Positions 14,918 through 29,127 of a stretch of DNA of 64,000 bases are shown one piece after another (position 1 is the first letter of the stretch; the number at the start of each line of letters is the position of its first letter). The position numbers were made by a program, and so were the translations under genes. Origin of the DNA: Macrostomum hystrix (lineage: Eukaryota; Animalia; Platyhelminthes); NCBI GenBank assembly GCA_950097015.1, contig CATNEN010000001.1, positions 5,890,001-5,954,000 of the forward strand, written 5' to 3'. The notes under the pieces are model-generated. The model was not told the origin of the DNA. It made no database searches and saw nothing but the letters and a program-made list of their open reading frames with translations.

Positions 14918-15437
14918 TACTGCCATCATTACCTACGCTAGTGTACCGATTCTGAAGGACTAACAGGGGCGCAGAGAGTTATAACCATTACTGCCATCAT
15001 TACCTACGCTAGAGTACCGATTCTGAAGGACTAACAGGGGCGCAGAGAGTTATAACCATTACTGCCATCATTACCTACGCTAGAGTACCGATTCTGAAGG
15101 ACTAACAGGGGCGCAGAGAGTTATAACCATATTAAATTACTGCCATCATTACCTACGCTAGAGTACCGATTCTGAAGGACTAACAGGGGCGCAGAGAGTT
15201 ATAACCATATTAAATTACTGCCATCATTACCTACGCTAGAGTACCGATTCTGAAGGACTAACAGGGGCGCAGAGAGTTATAACCATATTAAATTACTGCC
15301 AGCATTACCTACGCTAGAGTACCGATTCTGAAGGACTAACAGGGGCGCAGAGAGTTATAACCACAGTAAATTACTGCCATCATTACCTACGCTAGAGTAC
15401 CGATTCTGAAGGACTAACAGGGGCGCAGAGAGTTATA
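14918..15437. repeat. 71/78-bp tandem repeat, about 7 copies
   Basis: Unit tactgccatcattacctacgctagagtaccgattctgaaggactaacaggggcgcagagagttataaccat(attaaat). Confidence 0.95.
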
Positions 15438-15832
15438 CTGCTGTAACTACTACTTATACTACCATAGTAAACTACTGTCAATACAACGAAGGGATTTGCC
15501 AACGGCCAGAGCTTGCCGCCCTTTTCTGTTCCATCGCCTAGGCCAATCCCCGTCTCTCTCTCTTCACTCCATCTATGTCAGACCAAAACAATTCATTTTG
15601 CTTTTCCTACCTTTTTTAGACTAAGTCAGGACATTGCAAATGCAACGCGCCTATAGCTACATGTATGCCTAACGCGTGCATATTTATACACATATATCAC
15701 GGGGAACTGAAAATCTCTGTGCTGTTAGGTAGAAAAAATAGTCAGTGCAAATGAGCGGTGAGGAGAGAGAGGAAAGAGGGCAAAAATTAGTCAAGGAAAT
15801 AAGCCCACTAGGCAGTATGCATTAGTAAGTTT

Positions 15833-15858
15833 GTGTGTGTGTGTGTGTGCGCGTGTGC
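15833..15858. repeat. (GT)n microsatellite
   Basis: gtgtgtgtgtgtgtgtgcgcgtgtg. Confidence 0.7.
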
Positions 15859-16503
15859 CCGGAATAAGAATTCAAAACACGCACACACGGGTCAGTGGGT
15901 GGCTTAGGCCCTACATTTAAATTTCGTCCCTATACAACGTCAAAGCGCGTGATCTTGCCTTCCCAAAAGCTTAAATCAGACCTATTCGCGTCTCTCTCTC
16001 ACTCCCCATTGCACCAATATCTCCCATTCCGATAAGTCCGGAACTATAGGACTATTCTGTCCCAGTCCCACTATCGGGCTTAAAAGAAAAGGAATAAACT
16101 TATAAAGTACAAAGGGTCGTAAAGAGTTTCGTTTTAAAGTACTCGCGCCAACAGGTTAGAAGCCAGGTTAAACGTTTAGAACTACGCCTAGCTCGAATGA
16201 GGTTAAAAAATAATTTAAGTTTAATCTAGATATTACTTGTCAAAATTTAGTAATGACTAACAAATGTTCACAGTTTGTCTTAATAAGATGAAAATATTGC
16301 CAAAACAAAGACCTAGCTCGAAAGAAGGACAAAGACCTACACCCTACACATAACAAAGACAAGTAGATGAAAAGTCAAGATCTGCTCAATAGACAAAAAC
16401 CTGCATTAAGAGCAGCTCAAAGACAAAAATTACAATAAAAGCATATTGAGTAGACAATATATGAATACTAATATTAGGAATACTGCAGTAGGGCTGCAAG
16501 AAA

Positions 16504-16695
16504 TGGCAGTAGCATTGGGTGACACTAGACCCACAGCCAGCAAGTCTGCAATTTTGCAATTTTGCTGACTGATGAGCACACACACACAGATACCATATAC
16601 AGGCATACACACTCACAGGTGTGTACATGTGCCCTGACATTCTTTGGCAGGCAATGGACACCCTCACTCTGCTTTGGAGGTTGACCCTCAAGGCT
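16504..16695 (-). mobile_element. SINE family A, 5'-truncated copy
   Basis: Reverse complement contains gtcagggcacatgtacacacctgtgagtgtgt and gggtctagtgtcaccc; the tRNA head is absent. Confidence 0.7.
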
Positions 16696-19600
16696 TGACA
16701 GTATATACAGATAACCTATGCAGACACATGCTAAAGCAGAAATATCTGCATACATGCGCAAAACCCGGCCAAGCAAGGTAAGTCACAAAAACCAATCGAC
16801 CAAGCGCAAAAAAATCAAAGGGGGGACCAAGGGACAAAAAAGGAAGGCATGAAGAAAAGGAAAAAGGGGAGAGAAAAAGAGAGCAAATGAGAGCCAACTA
16901 AGCCGTAAAAAGAGCAAAAACTAAGTTGCATGGCTGGCTAAGATTTGGGAGGTTGTGCATGTATGAATATCTGCATTGACTGTCTCATCATCTGGTAGTG
17001 TATACTATTGCTCTGCAAAGTAGGTTGGCCCTCAAATTAGTAAATTATACAAGCCCTCTCTCTGTGGCCTCACTAAAAAATCAAGCTCAGGACTATGTTA
17101 ATGGTATACCCATTAATCACTAAGCAATTTACCTACATGTATATTTTAGGTTTTAACATTTGTAAACTCATAAGTATTATGTACTTTCATAGAAAGTCTT
17201 TTTATAGTTAAAAACATTTTTTGTAAATAAAGTAATGATTTTACTAAAAAACTGATACATAATTATTAGGCAAATTAAAAAAATAAAACAACTGTTAATA
17301 AACCTATAACTAACGATTGATAAGCACAAATCAATTAAATTTACAACAATGCTCATGAAAAGGTCATGTTGCACTGGCTTATAATAACCGAATTTGGTAG
17401 GGCCTATAATAAATTTCAATTAGCAACCAAGTATAGGCCTAACTAAAGTTATATGGAACAAACTATTTTAATTTGAGTCAGTGAAATAGATGAATGCTTG
17501 TCAAGTCTAGTTAATTATGTATCCTACTACAAACCCAGCATCAAATTCAATTTCTTGATACACTAGGCCTATAGCAAATCTACAAGGACGCATGGCCTAA
17601 GCATAAACTAGCAGACTGTTGGGCACCTTGAGTAATTTGACCAAATGGTTGTCATCACTTAATCTTAGGAAATAAATAGTTTAAGGATATATCTATTATG
17701 TTTTTTTACTTTAGGAGTACAGGTTTTTATTTCCAGAAAAAAATATATAGAAAGCAAATACAAATCCAACAATACACCAAAGACATCTAAGACATTAAAT
17801 ACATTTGTCCCCTTTCCTTTTTGTACAGTCTTCTTATGCCATATAAATTTGCTAATATTTCATTAGCCCTTAAATACATATAGAAAAATTAAATTCAATT
17901 TTTTATATATTTACTACTTTTAGCAAGCAAAACAAAATAATATATTGGACCATAAAAGTTGTCTGTTGTCTGAAATAAGTAGTCTGATACTGTAGTCTAC
18001 TTTTAAGCTCAAGTCCTCAAGACAGATGACAATTTCTCAAGCAGGCCACATACAGTTTAGCAGCTAAACATTACCTCACTAGTGACAAATCTCAGTCTCT
18101 AAGGACTAAAAATGATTTTTTACAAAACTGCAAGGAAACCTATGGAAAATTGAAGCATGCCACAGCAACAACAACCATTAAAGCTGGTAAGCTGCCACAG
18201 CAAGCAGCTTTAATGGTAATTATTTCTGTCAAAAGATTACGACAGACCTATTTTTATTTCAATCTAGCAATTCACCACCTTTGTCACTGTCATTGGCATT
18301 GTGCTTGTGGTTTTGGCTAAATTACCAATTAATGTTGTAGGCCTAGCTAAATTTTCACTTTAGCCTAAATCAGACTAGTAAAGCTATATATGTCTTCAGT
18401 TCATAATGATGCTCACATATGAGCTCAAATATGAACCCACATTTATTATGATTTGTTTGGTTAACAAGTTCGCACAAGAATTCCTATTCTATTCTTGAGA
18501 AACTCGCTAAAAACTGATCGTCGCGAAAATAAAAAGAAAAATAATCGAAACCAGAACGATTCGAATTTGCCGCTTTTGCTGAAATTGCGTTTAGGCAACA
18601 AAAACAATCCGCAAGAAGATGCAACACAATAGAAAAGTAAGCTGAAATGCCAAAACCCCACGTTTGTCGTCATGTAATAATTGCTCATTTATGAAATATG
18701 AATATTACAAATGTAATTCGATATGCATATCGAATGATGAGGTAAAGACGATCAGAGATCCTTATTTGTCCATTATCTTTCAATATCCAAGAGTGAAAAT
18801 CTTTATTTGTGCGCAGGATTATCTTCTTTTGTACATATATATCATAATATATGCTGCACCCAAATGTAGCGTATTCCCTAAGTAAACATTTTATTAAGCT
18901 ATTTAAAACTGTAAAAACATTACGAGTCATAAAATATTGTGTTACCTAATTCTAAGGAAACCGAAATTTCATTTATTTTCACCTACTACATCGACAATCA
19001 ATGCCGGGCAACATCCAAAAGCAATTAAGTTTCCCCTTACGGTATTATATTACATTTCTCTAATTATTTAATTAATAATAATATTACTCTTTAGTTAAAT
19101 TTACGGAAGTATAGTTACCCGCTGCTCAGCTATACCCCGCGGTTCCCGCTACCCGCAAATCGATTGCCGGGTTTGCAGATGCTGCATCAATTAATGCGTT
19201 GTTGCTAAAAGGGCTAGGATGATGAAAGAGCTCCCCAGCTTGCAGGAACTACGTGACTCATTATATACTCAGCAATTACTCATTATATAATTTATAAAAT
19301 GACTTTATAGTACAATTATCACGAATAATGTTAATGTCTTTACAATATGTTTTAATTGCTATATTTACCCTAATTGACTATTCAGATCAAAAATTTCGAA
19401 AGTTATTTCAATTCTCTAAATTCAATTCAATCAAACTATACTCTAAAACAAATCAATAGTATAATCCACATTAAAGGATGACCTTTGTGTCGAAATTTTA
19501 TTTTCCGGATTTGTCGTCTAACAACTTTGCTTCATCGTTGTTTTTCGCGCGGATTTGATTTGACTATTTTGATTCTTTTCTGCTTATTCTAAGCGCTGTA

Positions 19601-20258
19601 CAACATCCTTGTGACTAGTGTGAATCTTGAATTCTTGTGTTATAGGCATTATGGCCCAACTCTTACATGCAATTGTTAAATTCAATCTTAGCAAAATAGT
19701 TTGCTAATATAATTATATTATAACAATAATTTACTCTACATGTACACGAAACGAAATTTAATATGTAGAGTTTAGTTTAGTCATAAATAATTGAATAAGT
19801 TTCATCCTCAAAGTAATATATTAATTAATCACAAATTGTTAATCAAATTTTTGTTCTGAAATCCTTAAATAATTAGTTCACTCATTAAAATTTAAAGATT
19901 AATAGCTTTGCTTAAATTATTTACATTAGGCAGTTATAATTTTTGCTATGTTTTTGAACTTCTAATAAGATATTGAATAGTGTGCTGTAGCTAGCTATAC
20001 CTATAATTAAGTATACAGCCTTTAGTTTTCACAAATTAGCTATCCATGGGTCAAGACAATATGCCTTTTAATAAAATGATTTTATAATATACTTTTATTT
20101 ATGTACAAATATGTTAGCTAAACTTAATTATCAATTTGTAGTATAATGTTGGCAAACTAATCAAAATTTAATCGCCTCAAAGTTTGTTCAACAATAAACT
20201 TTGGCTTTTCCTATTTCAGAGCACTCGAGGACAGCCAGCCTTAAAGCTAAACAGCGGC

Positions 20259-20786
20259 ATGGCGGCCCGAACCCAGTACCAATACTTTAAAGACATTCCA
20301 GCAATTATTGTCTACAATCTGAAGCGCATTGTGAGCACCACAGAATCAGCAGATCCTTATGGGGCCTGGGTTGAGTTGGCGAGCTCACAGTTTGTAAACT
20401 TCAGCAACAATGACGTGGAACGGATTATGGCGGGCGGAAATAATCGAATCGAGTGGACTAACAGTTTCTTCAATCACTGGCTGCTTCGGCGCCCAACCTT
20501 TACTAACGTTGTGCGCGCCTTCATCGAGGTGTCTATACACGAAGCCATCGACATTCTGGAGCCGTTGTGCACTGGTGAAGCGTTGCAGTTTGTTCAGGAG
20601 TGGCGAGATAGGGACGAGCAGCGACGGCTTGAACAGCCGCCATTGTCATTGCCGCCTTCACCTACGCCGCTGGAAGACGAGTACATCCCTGAAGAGGACA
20701 ATTTTGTCTCTAGGAGCTATTCGGAGATGCCATATGGCGTTGAGGCGTCTGCATTACCAATCTCAGTCAGCGACAATTCAATTGAG
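20259..20786 (+). CDS. Death-domain IRAK/Pelle-like pseudokinase, exon 1 (death domain plus Pro/acidic linker)
   Basis: YFKDIP..IVYNL...WVELAS...FFNHW..RRPTF..VV.AF......AIDIL fits the Pelle/IRAK death-domain pattern. Acceptor tttcag at 20219, donor gt at 20787. Confidence 0.7.
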
Positions 20787-20861
20787 GTCTGACCTTATTT
20801 TGAAAGCGAATCTATTTGGTTAGAGAATTACTTGAGATCTATAAAATATGTTGTTTTTCAG

Positions 20862-20984
20862 ATGACCAGCTGCCTGAATGGCTTGGCCGCAGCGGTGGAG
20901 ACTGTATCTTTGCCAGACGAATTAATTCAGCCAGTTATGCAGAGGCAGTCAGCCCAGGATTATGCGGCTCGATCTGAGCAGCGG
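20862..20984 (+). CDS. IRAK/Pelle-like pseudokinase, exon 2 (linker)
   Basis: Acceptor tttttcag, donor gtaatg; phase 0 at both ends keeps the frame between exons 1 and 3. Confidence 0.65.
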
Positions 20985-21014
20985 GTAATGAAATCATCTT
21001 TAGTACATGTATAA

Positions 21015-21190
21015 TTGGCGAGGCGTTAAGTGATTTTAGTCGTCTTAAAGGTCGGGGGTTTGACTCCTGACTCCACTGGAACGCTTTGTATCATTTGGCT
21101 ATATACTTCAGCTCCGTGCCACTAAGGGTTAAATGGGTTGCCATGCAGCATTAGGTTAATTGAGGGTCGGTGTGGCGTCCCCCCCGTACG
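21015..21190 (+). mobile_element. Degenerate SINE family B-like copy
   Basis: tRNA-like head plus ggtgtggcgtcccccc tail motif shared with the 41455 and 46170 copies. Confidence 0.5.
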
Positions 21191-21726
21191 CAGCCTTTTA
21201 GCCTTCAATTGCGCTTTAGTTATTTCACAATATTTGGGGCGCAGCCGCGGAGGGAAAGCTTGAAAGCTCGTTATGGAATTGTAACTCCGATAGATAATTG
21301 AAACAGAGTTCAGTTTTTTTAAATCCTTTAATCGCAGCTTCTTAGCAGAAACAAGCTTTATAAATAAAGTAAACATTTAAAAAGTGTGACTCAGAAAGCT
21401 GCATTAGTGAGTTAGCCTAGCTGCATTAAGTCCGGATGATGTGGGTTTGGCGGGGGCAAGATGTCTCTACAGGTTTCTACGAGCTAAGATTCCAAGCCAT
21501 TTTCAAGCCACAATAAAGCAGTTTTTATTGCTCAATTTCCATCATGAGAAAACCTGCTTGGGCTCGTTTAACTGCACTGACCTTTAAAAATCTTCGGGAC
21601 AGCTAACCGCACAACAACTAAGTTAAAGCACATGGTCAAACAATAAGAAAAAAAACTGCGTTAACAATGGCGGTTTGGTCTTTCTCTAATTTCATTTAAG
21701 CAAAGCTCAGCGGACCGTCACAGAAA

Positions 21727-22012
21727 TAGGATGAGTGGCAGAACGGTCTAACGCGTTTGCCTCTCGCACCAAGGTCCCTGAGTTCGATTCCGCGGCGTGG
21801 TTACATTCATTTGGGGCTCAGACGCGGAGAGAAGGCTTTGGTTGTGCAATTTATGCCCTAAATACCAACCTTCAAGGCAATGAGAGTGTACACTGCTCCA
21901 GAGAAAGTCAGGGCAGATGTACACACCTGTGTGAGTGTGTGCCTGCTTGAATGTGTGTTCAGTAGCCAGCGGAATGGGTAGAATAGTGTCACCAAATGAT
22001 GTGCAATTGCCC
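21727..22012 (+). mobile_element. tRNA-derived SINE family A, near full length (in an intron of the IRAK-like gene)
   Basis: A-box-like tggcagaacgg, B-box gttcgattcc, then body motifs gtcagggcagatgtacacac and gtgtcaccaaatg shared with other copies. Confidence 0.8.
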
Positions 22013-22071
22013 GTCAAGCTCGCGAATTCTGGTGCTCGTATCCAACTGTCTCTTTTTTCGTTCATAAACAG

Positions 22072-22446
22072 GCCCTGCGTGTGTCCTGGAAGGCCGGACA
22101 GTTTGCCAAGCAGAGGTCTCGGCAGCTGCAGCTGGTAACTAACACTGATGAGGCTAGAGCGTCGGCTACCTACCTGTTGGACCTTTATCGGCGACTGTCG
22201 CATCCGCACCTGGCGCCGCTTTTAGGTTTCTCGGATTTTTCTACTAGCATCGATTTGCACTTTCCGTACTATGTGTGCAGTCTGGATGACGCCTATTGCC
22301 ACCGTGGCGCCAGAAAATTCGACTGCCCAATGGACTTGGACTCCAGGCTAAGAATTGTGTTTGGCATCGCCAAGGCTTTGTTGTATCTCCATGGCAACCA
22401 GCGAACTGGAGAATGCTTTGTGCTCAACAATCTTAACTGCCGGACT
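22072..22446 (+). CDS. IRAK/Pelle-like pseudokinase, exon 3 (kinase N-lobe to catalytic loop)
   Basis: LSHPHLAPLLGF...SLDD...PMDLDSRLRIVFGIAKALLYLH matches IRAK/Pelle/RLK subdomains IV-VIa; HRD is replaced by LNN. Donor gtgagt. Confidence 0.75.
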
Positions 22447-22539
22447 GTGAGTCCTGACACCTTCAGAACTCCTTGCTGACACCCCCTAGCTACAATTCTG
22501 ACCAGATCGATAACGCAAGCATCAAAAAACAATTTTCAG

Positions 22540-23004
22540 GTGATGTTGGACAGTTTCTGGTGTCCGGCAATCTGCGATCTCACAGAGATCAGAAAGGTTT
22601 ATGACTTAAGCAACAGCTCAGAATTCTCTGGCGATGTCAGGGATTTTAAAATGGTGTCCGTCGAAGTGCTGACCAGTTTGTGCAGGCACAAGGATGAGAG
22701 ATTGTTCAATGAAGCCATCAGTTGCATAGAGCATATGCTGACACTCAAGCCAGCAGATCGCACCCAGTTTGTCTTTGACAATGACGACCTAATGCCCGAT
22801 GAAATGAGACCAGACGAATCTGTTATCGATACAGACGAATCAGGCGATGAGGAGCGGATTCTGGCCGATATTTACTTCCGCTTTCAGCTGATCCTGTGCC
22901 TGATGATTCTGCCCGAAGGTGTGGAAAGTATTCGCGACTTTGCCGACTGCATGAAGAGTCTATCGCAGCGACACAACTTCTCTGATTTGTGGCTTAGCTT
23001 TTGA
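22540..23004 (+). CDS. IRAK/Pelle-like pseudokinase, exon 4 (degenerate C-lobe)
   Basis: VMLDSFWCPAICDL corresponds to NILLD..F.PKI.DFG, GDVRDFKMVSVEVLT to SDVYSFGVVLLELLT, and CIEHMLTLKPADR to subdomain XI. Acceptor ttttcag, stop TGA. Confidence 0.72.
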   Translation: MMLDSFWCPAICDLTEIRKVYDLSNSSEFSGDVRDFKMVSVEVLTSLCRHKDERLFNEAISCIEHMLTLKPADRTQFVFDNDDLMPDEMRPDESVIDTDESGDEERILADIYFRFQLILCLMILPEGVESIRDFADCMKSLSQRHNFSDLWLSF

Positions 23005-24158
23005 AATCGATATAAATGTACTGTTCAGTGAGACAATTCGACACTAAACTAAGCCTCAACATGTTTAAACATTCTTTTTAATACTGAACCTGGCGCTGTT
23101 GATTTTTATAACTCTCATATTTTTCCTTTATCGAGTTTAAAATTCTACTTGTCGTGCTTAATTATGTACTCTTACCTACCATTATTTTGTTTAATTATTG
23201 TTATTAATGATTGAAATGGATCTTTAACTTTAAATAGGCTCCTAATGTAGGATTTGGATTGAGACGAATCCGCAACCAAACCTCCAATGACGGAATCACG
23301 ACTCGAGGCCACATTCATTTGGGGCGCAGCCGCGGAGAGAAGGCTTGAAAGCCTGTAATTACGAGTATTATTACTAATAGTACGAGCTCGTATGACGAGC
23401 TCGTAATAATATTAAGCTTTCTATGAGAATTAGAAAATCAGTCGACTAAAATATTCCGTTTATTTCAAGGATGTAACCTGTCAGTCAGCGCGAAAAATGC
23501 TGGTTTACCAAGGATTTTTGTTTCAGTCGGGATTCTAAATTCATTGTGTACTTTACAAAGTGACTGTGTTTTATCTAGGATGCGTTTTAGCTAGAGAAAT
23601 AAAGTTAGGTCCTTGTTTTGCATTATTTCGTCTTCAAACATCCTTATCTAATGCTATCGAAATGGAAGTGCCTACAAGATAAGGTTATTTATGTTACAGT
23701 TGGAGTTAGATTTTAGCGATCTGACTATATATTAATAATACTTTGCTAACTTTAGTACACACTTAAAGAACAACCAGTTTTTTTATAGAGGTGCAAATTA
23801 CGCTTAATTGTTAAATAGTTTTTAGTTGTTAACAAAGTTAAACGAATTAAGTCTCAATTTCTCTGCTGAAAACTATCACTGATGTTATTTACACTATGTA
23901 TAGTGCCTATAAAAAATTAAATACAATATATTTTATGCCAATCCCGAAATTGAGCGTAACACTTTTTTACGAAAACTTATTTAAAATCCCTTTTTAAATG
24001 ATAAAAAAAATTACTTCACTTTCCTTACTTTATAAATCCAGTTGAATAAATGACGGTGCTAAATACTGTTATAGCTCGTAGAGCATTAGCATTAACAATA
24101 TTAACAGGTAGTTATCAGTCTTCAATAGCATATCTGTTGTCAGCCAAACTTATCACCA

Positions 24159-24455
24159 GGGGGTGAGTTGCAGAGCGGTCAAAGCGTTTGCCTCTCTCAC
24201 CAAGGTCCCTGAGCTCGATTCCGCTGCGAGGCCACATTTATTTCAGGTGCTGCCGCGGAAAGAAGACTTGGGGGCTTGTCGTGCAATTTAAGCTTTTGAG
24301 GGCCATCGACGTACAGTCAAGAAAGATGAGAAAGTCAGGGCAGATGTACACACCTGTGAGCGTGTGCCTGCTTACAGTATCTGTGTGCGTACGTGCCCAG
24401 GACCTTGCAAGCTGCGGGTCTAGTGTCACCAAATAATGTGAACATTGCCCACCGC
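24159..24455 (+). mobile_element. SINE family A copy
   Basis: Same head (gcagagcggtc..gtttgcctctc.caccaaggtccctgag.tcgattcc), body and tail. Confidence 0.8.
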
Positions 24456-26329
24456 TACTACTGTAATTCCTATAAGAAAATAAAAAGAAGTACATCAGCA
24501 TCTGTGTCAAAGCTAAGGAAGTCAGTTTTAGGAATTTTGCTTAAAAAAACTGTGATGCTGAAGCGTCAAACCTTTGCAGTTAATTCAAGTCTATTTTGCA
24601 TAATTAACACATGAATTAGCTCGATCGTGTATGTTTATGCATAGATTCATTAAATTATAGTAATTAATAAGGCAAACCCACGCATGTTTAATAGAATTCT
24701 CCGGTGTTCGAAGTTTTGCAAACTAGTAGTGAATTAAAAGAAAAATAAAATTTCATTAAAAACACAGTTTAATTGAAATCCGGGTAGCTAGGACTCATGC
24801 AAGAGAGCAACATGTAATCGAAGTTGTAAGCTAGTACTTAAAAACGGTAACATAGTGCAGAAAATGAATTGTTCTTATCTGCGAGGCCCATATAGCAGGC
24901 TATACGGCAACATAAGCTTTTCAACATTAAAGTATTTCTTTGCACTGTCGCTGCAAGTAGTATATAACAGAAGGACATTTTTTAAAGTCCGAGATCATGG
25001 GCTTTTTGATACAATATTATAAGAAAAGCTAGCATCGTGACAACTAGAATGTGATGCCTCTAAGCAAGGTAAAATATAAGCAAGAAAACCAATCGGAGTC
25101 TAGTGTTTCAAGCAAGCAACAATTAGTATTAAAAAGCAGGGGTAGGAAAGTGTACGATTGTTACTACTCTAAATAGAAGAGTGGGAACATGAGCGGCGAA
25201 AATCTAGTATTGATTGATCCAGGAAAAGTGCAAGGCTGAATTTAAATTTGTTATTGAACAAATTGTGTACAAAGTATTGATAATTGAATTAGTTCATTTA
25301 TTAGATTGTGTACTTTATATTAGTAGCCTCTAGGCATTGAAATGGTAAGAACAAAGCATATATATTGCCAATAAGCTACAATTTGCTACTACTGATACTA
25401 CTTAAAAGTATTATGCCGCGAAATTAAACACAAACAATTTTTGTAGGGTAAGAAAATAAATCTACTACTATCGGAGATTTCTTCGTAAAGATTCCAAGTG
25501 CAAATCATAATTGGCTTAATAATTATCGATTGGCACTAATAAATAAAGCAATAATAAACATGTTTTGGGATTTGATTTATCACTGCCATGGCACTTCGAC
25601 TGTAGCTAATTACAGTATATACTACTCCAAAGTTTTACAAATATATTTTTCTGAAATAAATTAGTTACCACAGGTTATACTACTTATGGCTACAGTTAGT
25701 AGCATGCTAAAAGGAAAAATACAAATTTAGGCACTTAATAATTTCTAGTTTTATTAATTAGGTGCACAGAATAAACTAGAAAATAGAGACGAAATATCCA
25801 TACGTACTACTGAAAGAAAAAAAGTAGCACTAAATGTGAATTTTTGCGCTAAACAATATTTCTGAAAAGCCTCACACTGAGAAATAAAACCAGTATTTAG
25901 TTGTCCCTATAAATAATGCACATACTACATAATCTGCACTGTATGTAAAAGGCAAAATGTCTTGAACAATTAAGCGAATAAAAATAACTTTAGTAGTATT
26001 AATATGTAAGAGATTGAATCGCAAAATAATTTAAGAAAACGAAATAAAATACATACGCTAGTAGGAAATAAATGAAAAGACATGCACACACAAAAACAGG
26101 CAGACAAAAACTTAAACTAACACTTTCTAGACGAAATTATCCGTTTTGACGTCGTGCAGCACCATACTACTAACAGTAGGTCACTTTGTAGCAGGCGCGT
26201 TTACTACGAATAATTATTAGTCTAGTTTTTTGTAGTTTAACAAATAATTGGAAAATTAACGACTTAACGAGCTGCGAAAATAGGCCAACTAGAAAATAAA
26301 CACCAACAAATCGTGTAGTAATTGTAAGG

Positions 26330-26613
26330 GTGTGGGTGTCAGGGTGTGGGTTTTCAGAGGCTGGGATGTCAGGGTGTCGGTTTTCAGAGGCTGGGATGTC
26401 AGGGTGTGGGATTTCAGAGGCTGGGATGTCAGGGTGTAGGATTTCAGAGGCTGGGATGTCAGGGTGTGGGTTTTCAGAGGCTGGGATGCCAGGGTGTGGG
26501 TTTTCAGAGGCTGGGATGCCAGGGTGTGGGTTTTCAGAGTCTGGGATGTCAGGGTGTGGGTTTTCAGAGGCTGGGATGTCAGGGTGTGGGTTTTCAGAGA
26601 CTGGGATGTCAGG
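26330..26613. repeat. 30-bp minisatellite just downstream of the KIF2 stop
   Basis: Unit agggtgtgggttttcagaggctgggatgtc, about 9 copies. Confidence 0.95.
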
Positions 26614-26884
26614 TCCAAAATGAGAGCCAGTTCAGAGAAGTTGCGGCTTGAAGCCGTGCAGTCAGACAGTGGAAGGGTCACAAAAGTCACAAGGTCACAA
26701 TTGCGGAATGTAAAAAGTAATGGATTTACAAGCAAAAAGTAATCGGATTAAAGACAAAGCAAAGGTCCCTAATGCCTACGGTGAAGCCTTAGATTTGCAG
26801 TAAATAATTAGAAACTGAATAATATAAAAAGGCTTAGAAATTTTGAATATTAGAGACACTGTCAAAATCCGCGGCTTAGATTCG

Positions 26885-27604
26885 TCAGCGCTTCTGCGAC
26901 CTACCAGAAGGTGCGCCTCCGGCAGCAGCAGCAGCAGCGGCAGCTCTAGTCTTGCTAGACTTCATAGCCTGCAGCTTGGAGGACAGCTCCTCTTCGCGTC
27001 GCATCTCGGCCTGCCAGTCGGCCAGTTTGGCGCGCAGAGACTGCATCGCCTGCATCTGATTGGCCAGCTGGGCGTCCAATCTCCTGGCGTAGTCGTCCTG
27101 ATCGTAGTCAACCTGGCCGGTGGTGTCGTACAGTTTCTTCAACTCCTTGGCAAAGCCGGCCTGGCTATCCAGCAGTGTTTTATGATCGTCGTTGACTTCC
27201 TCTTCCATGCGTTCCATGTGGGATACGACTTTGTGAAAGCTGACCAGATCGCCGGTGTACTCATCATCCTCGGCTTCACCAGCTTCTTGAACAGCGCTCC
27301 TGACTAACCAGTTGTCATCCTCCTCTTGGCCAGTCTGACCGTCGTCGCACGGATCCAGATCGCCAAGGTCGCCGGCGCCGACGCTGCCTCCGCCGTAGTC
27401 GTAGTCGACTCCGACGCTACCGACCCCACCGCCAACGCCGCCTCCACCGTTGCCACCGCTGACTGGACCTCCGGGTCCGAGTTCTTTGACTCGGTCGGCG
27501 TAGCGCAGAGTATTTAAAGTGTGCTCACAGGATGAGAAGCCGGGGCTGATGGTGGCTATCATGCAGGTGCGAGCTTTCTCACCGATGAAACTGTCGCGAA
27601 GGAC
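26885..27604 (-). CDS. KIF2: Kinesin-13 KIF2A/C-like, exon 5 (end of motor, coiled-coil tail)
   Basis: [40 protein letters not shown]; acceptor ccgcag. Confidence 0.95.
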   Translation of the reverse strand, partial: VLRDSFIGEKARTCMIATISPGFSSCEHTLNTLRYADRVKELGPGGPVSGGNGGGGVGGGVGSVGVDYDYGGGSVGAGDLGDLDPCDDGQTGQEEDDNWLVRSAVQEAGEAEDDEYTGDLVSFHKVVSHMERMEEEVNDDHKTLLDSQAGFAKELKKLYDTTGQVDYDQDDYARRLDAQLANQMQAMQSLRAKLADWQAEMRREEELSSKLQAMKSSKTRAAAAAAAAGGAPSGRSQKR

Positions 27605-27719
27605 CTGCGGGATCAGATTTTGACAGGCGTGAGATTTACAGGGTTTAGATTGACAGCTTGTTACTACTAGAAGTCCCGGAGCAAACTAGCTTGCAAAATT
27701 GTTTTCAGACTCGTCTACT

Positions 27720-29031
<1,312 letters not shown>

Positions 29032-29127
29032 TCAGATTTGGTCATAGTTGGGATAAGAATGACAGACTAGGATGACTGATCGTAATAGATTGTGGGTCAG
29101 ATAATTATCTACGAAAATAGGTTATTT

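Noticed and set aside
1085-15437. CRISPR-like appearance of the regular repeat arrays
   Set aside because: Units are head-to-tail with no unique spacers, no cas genes are present, and the context is eukaryotic and intronic.
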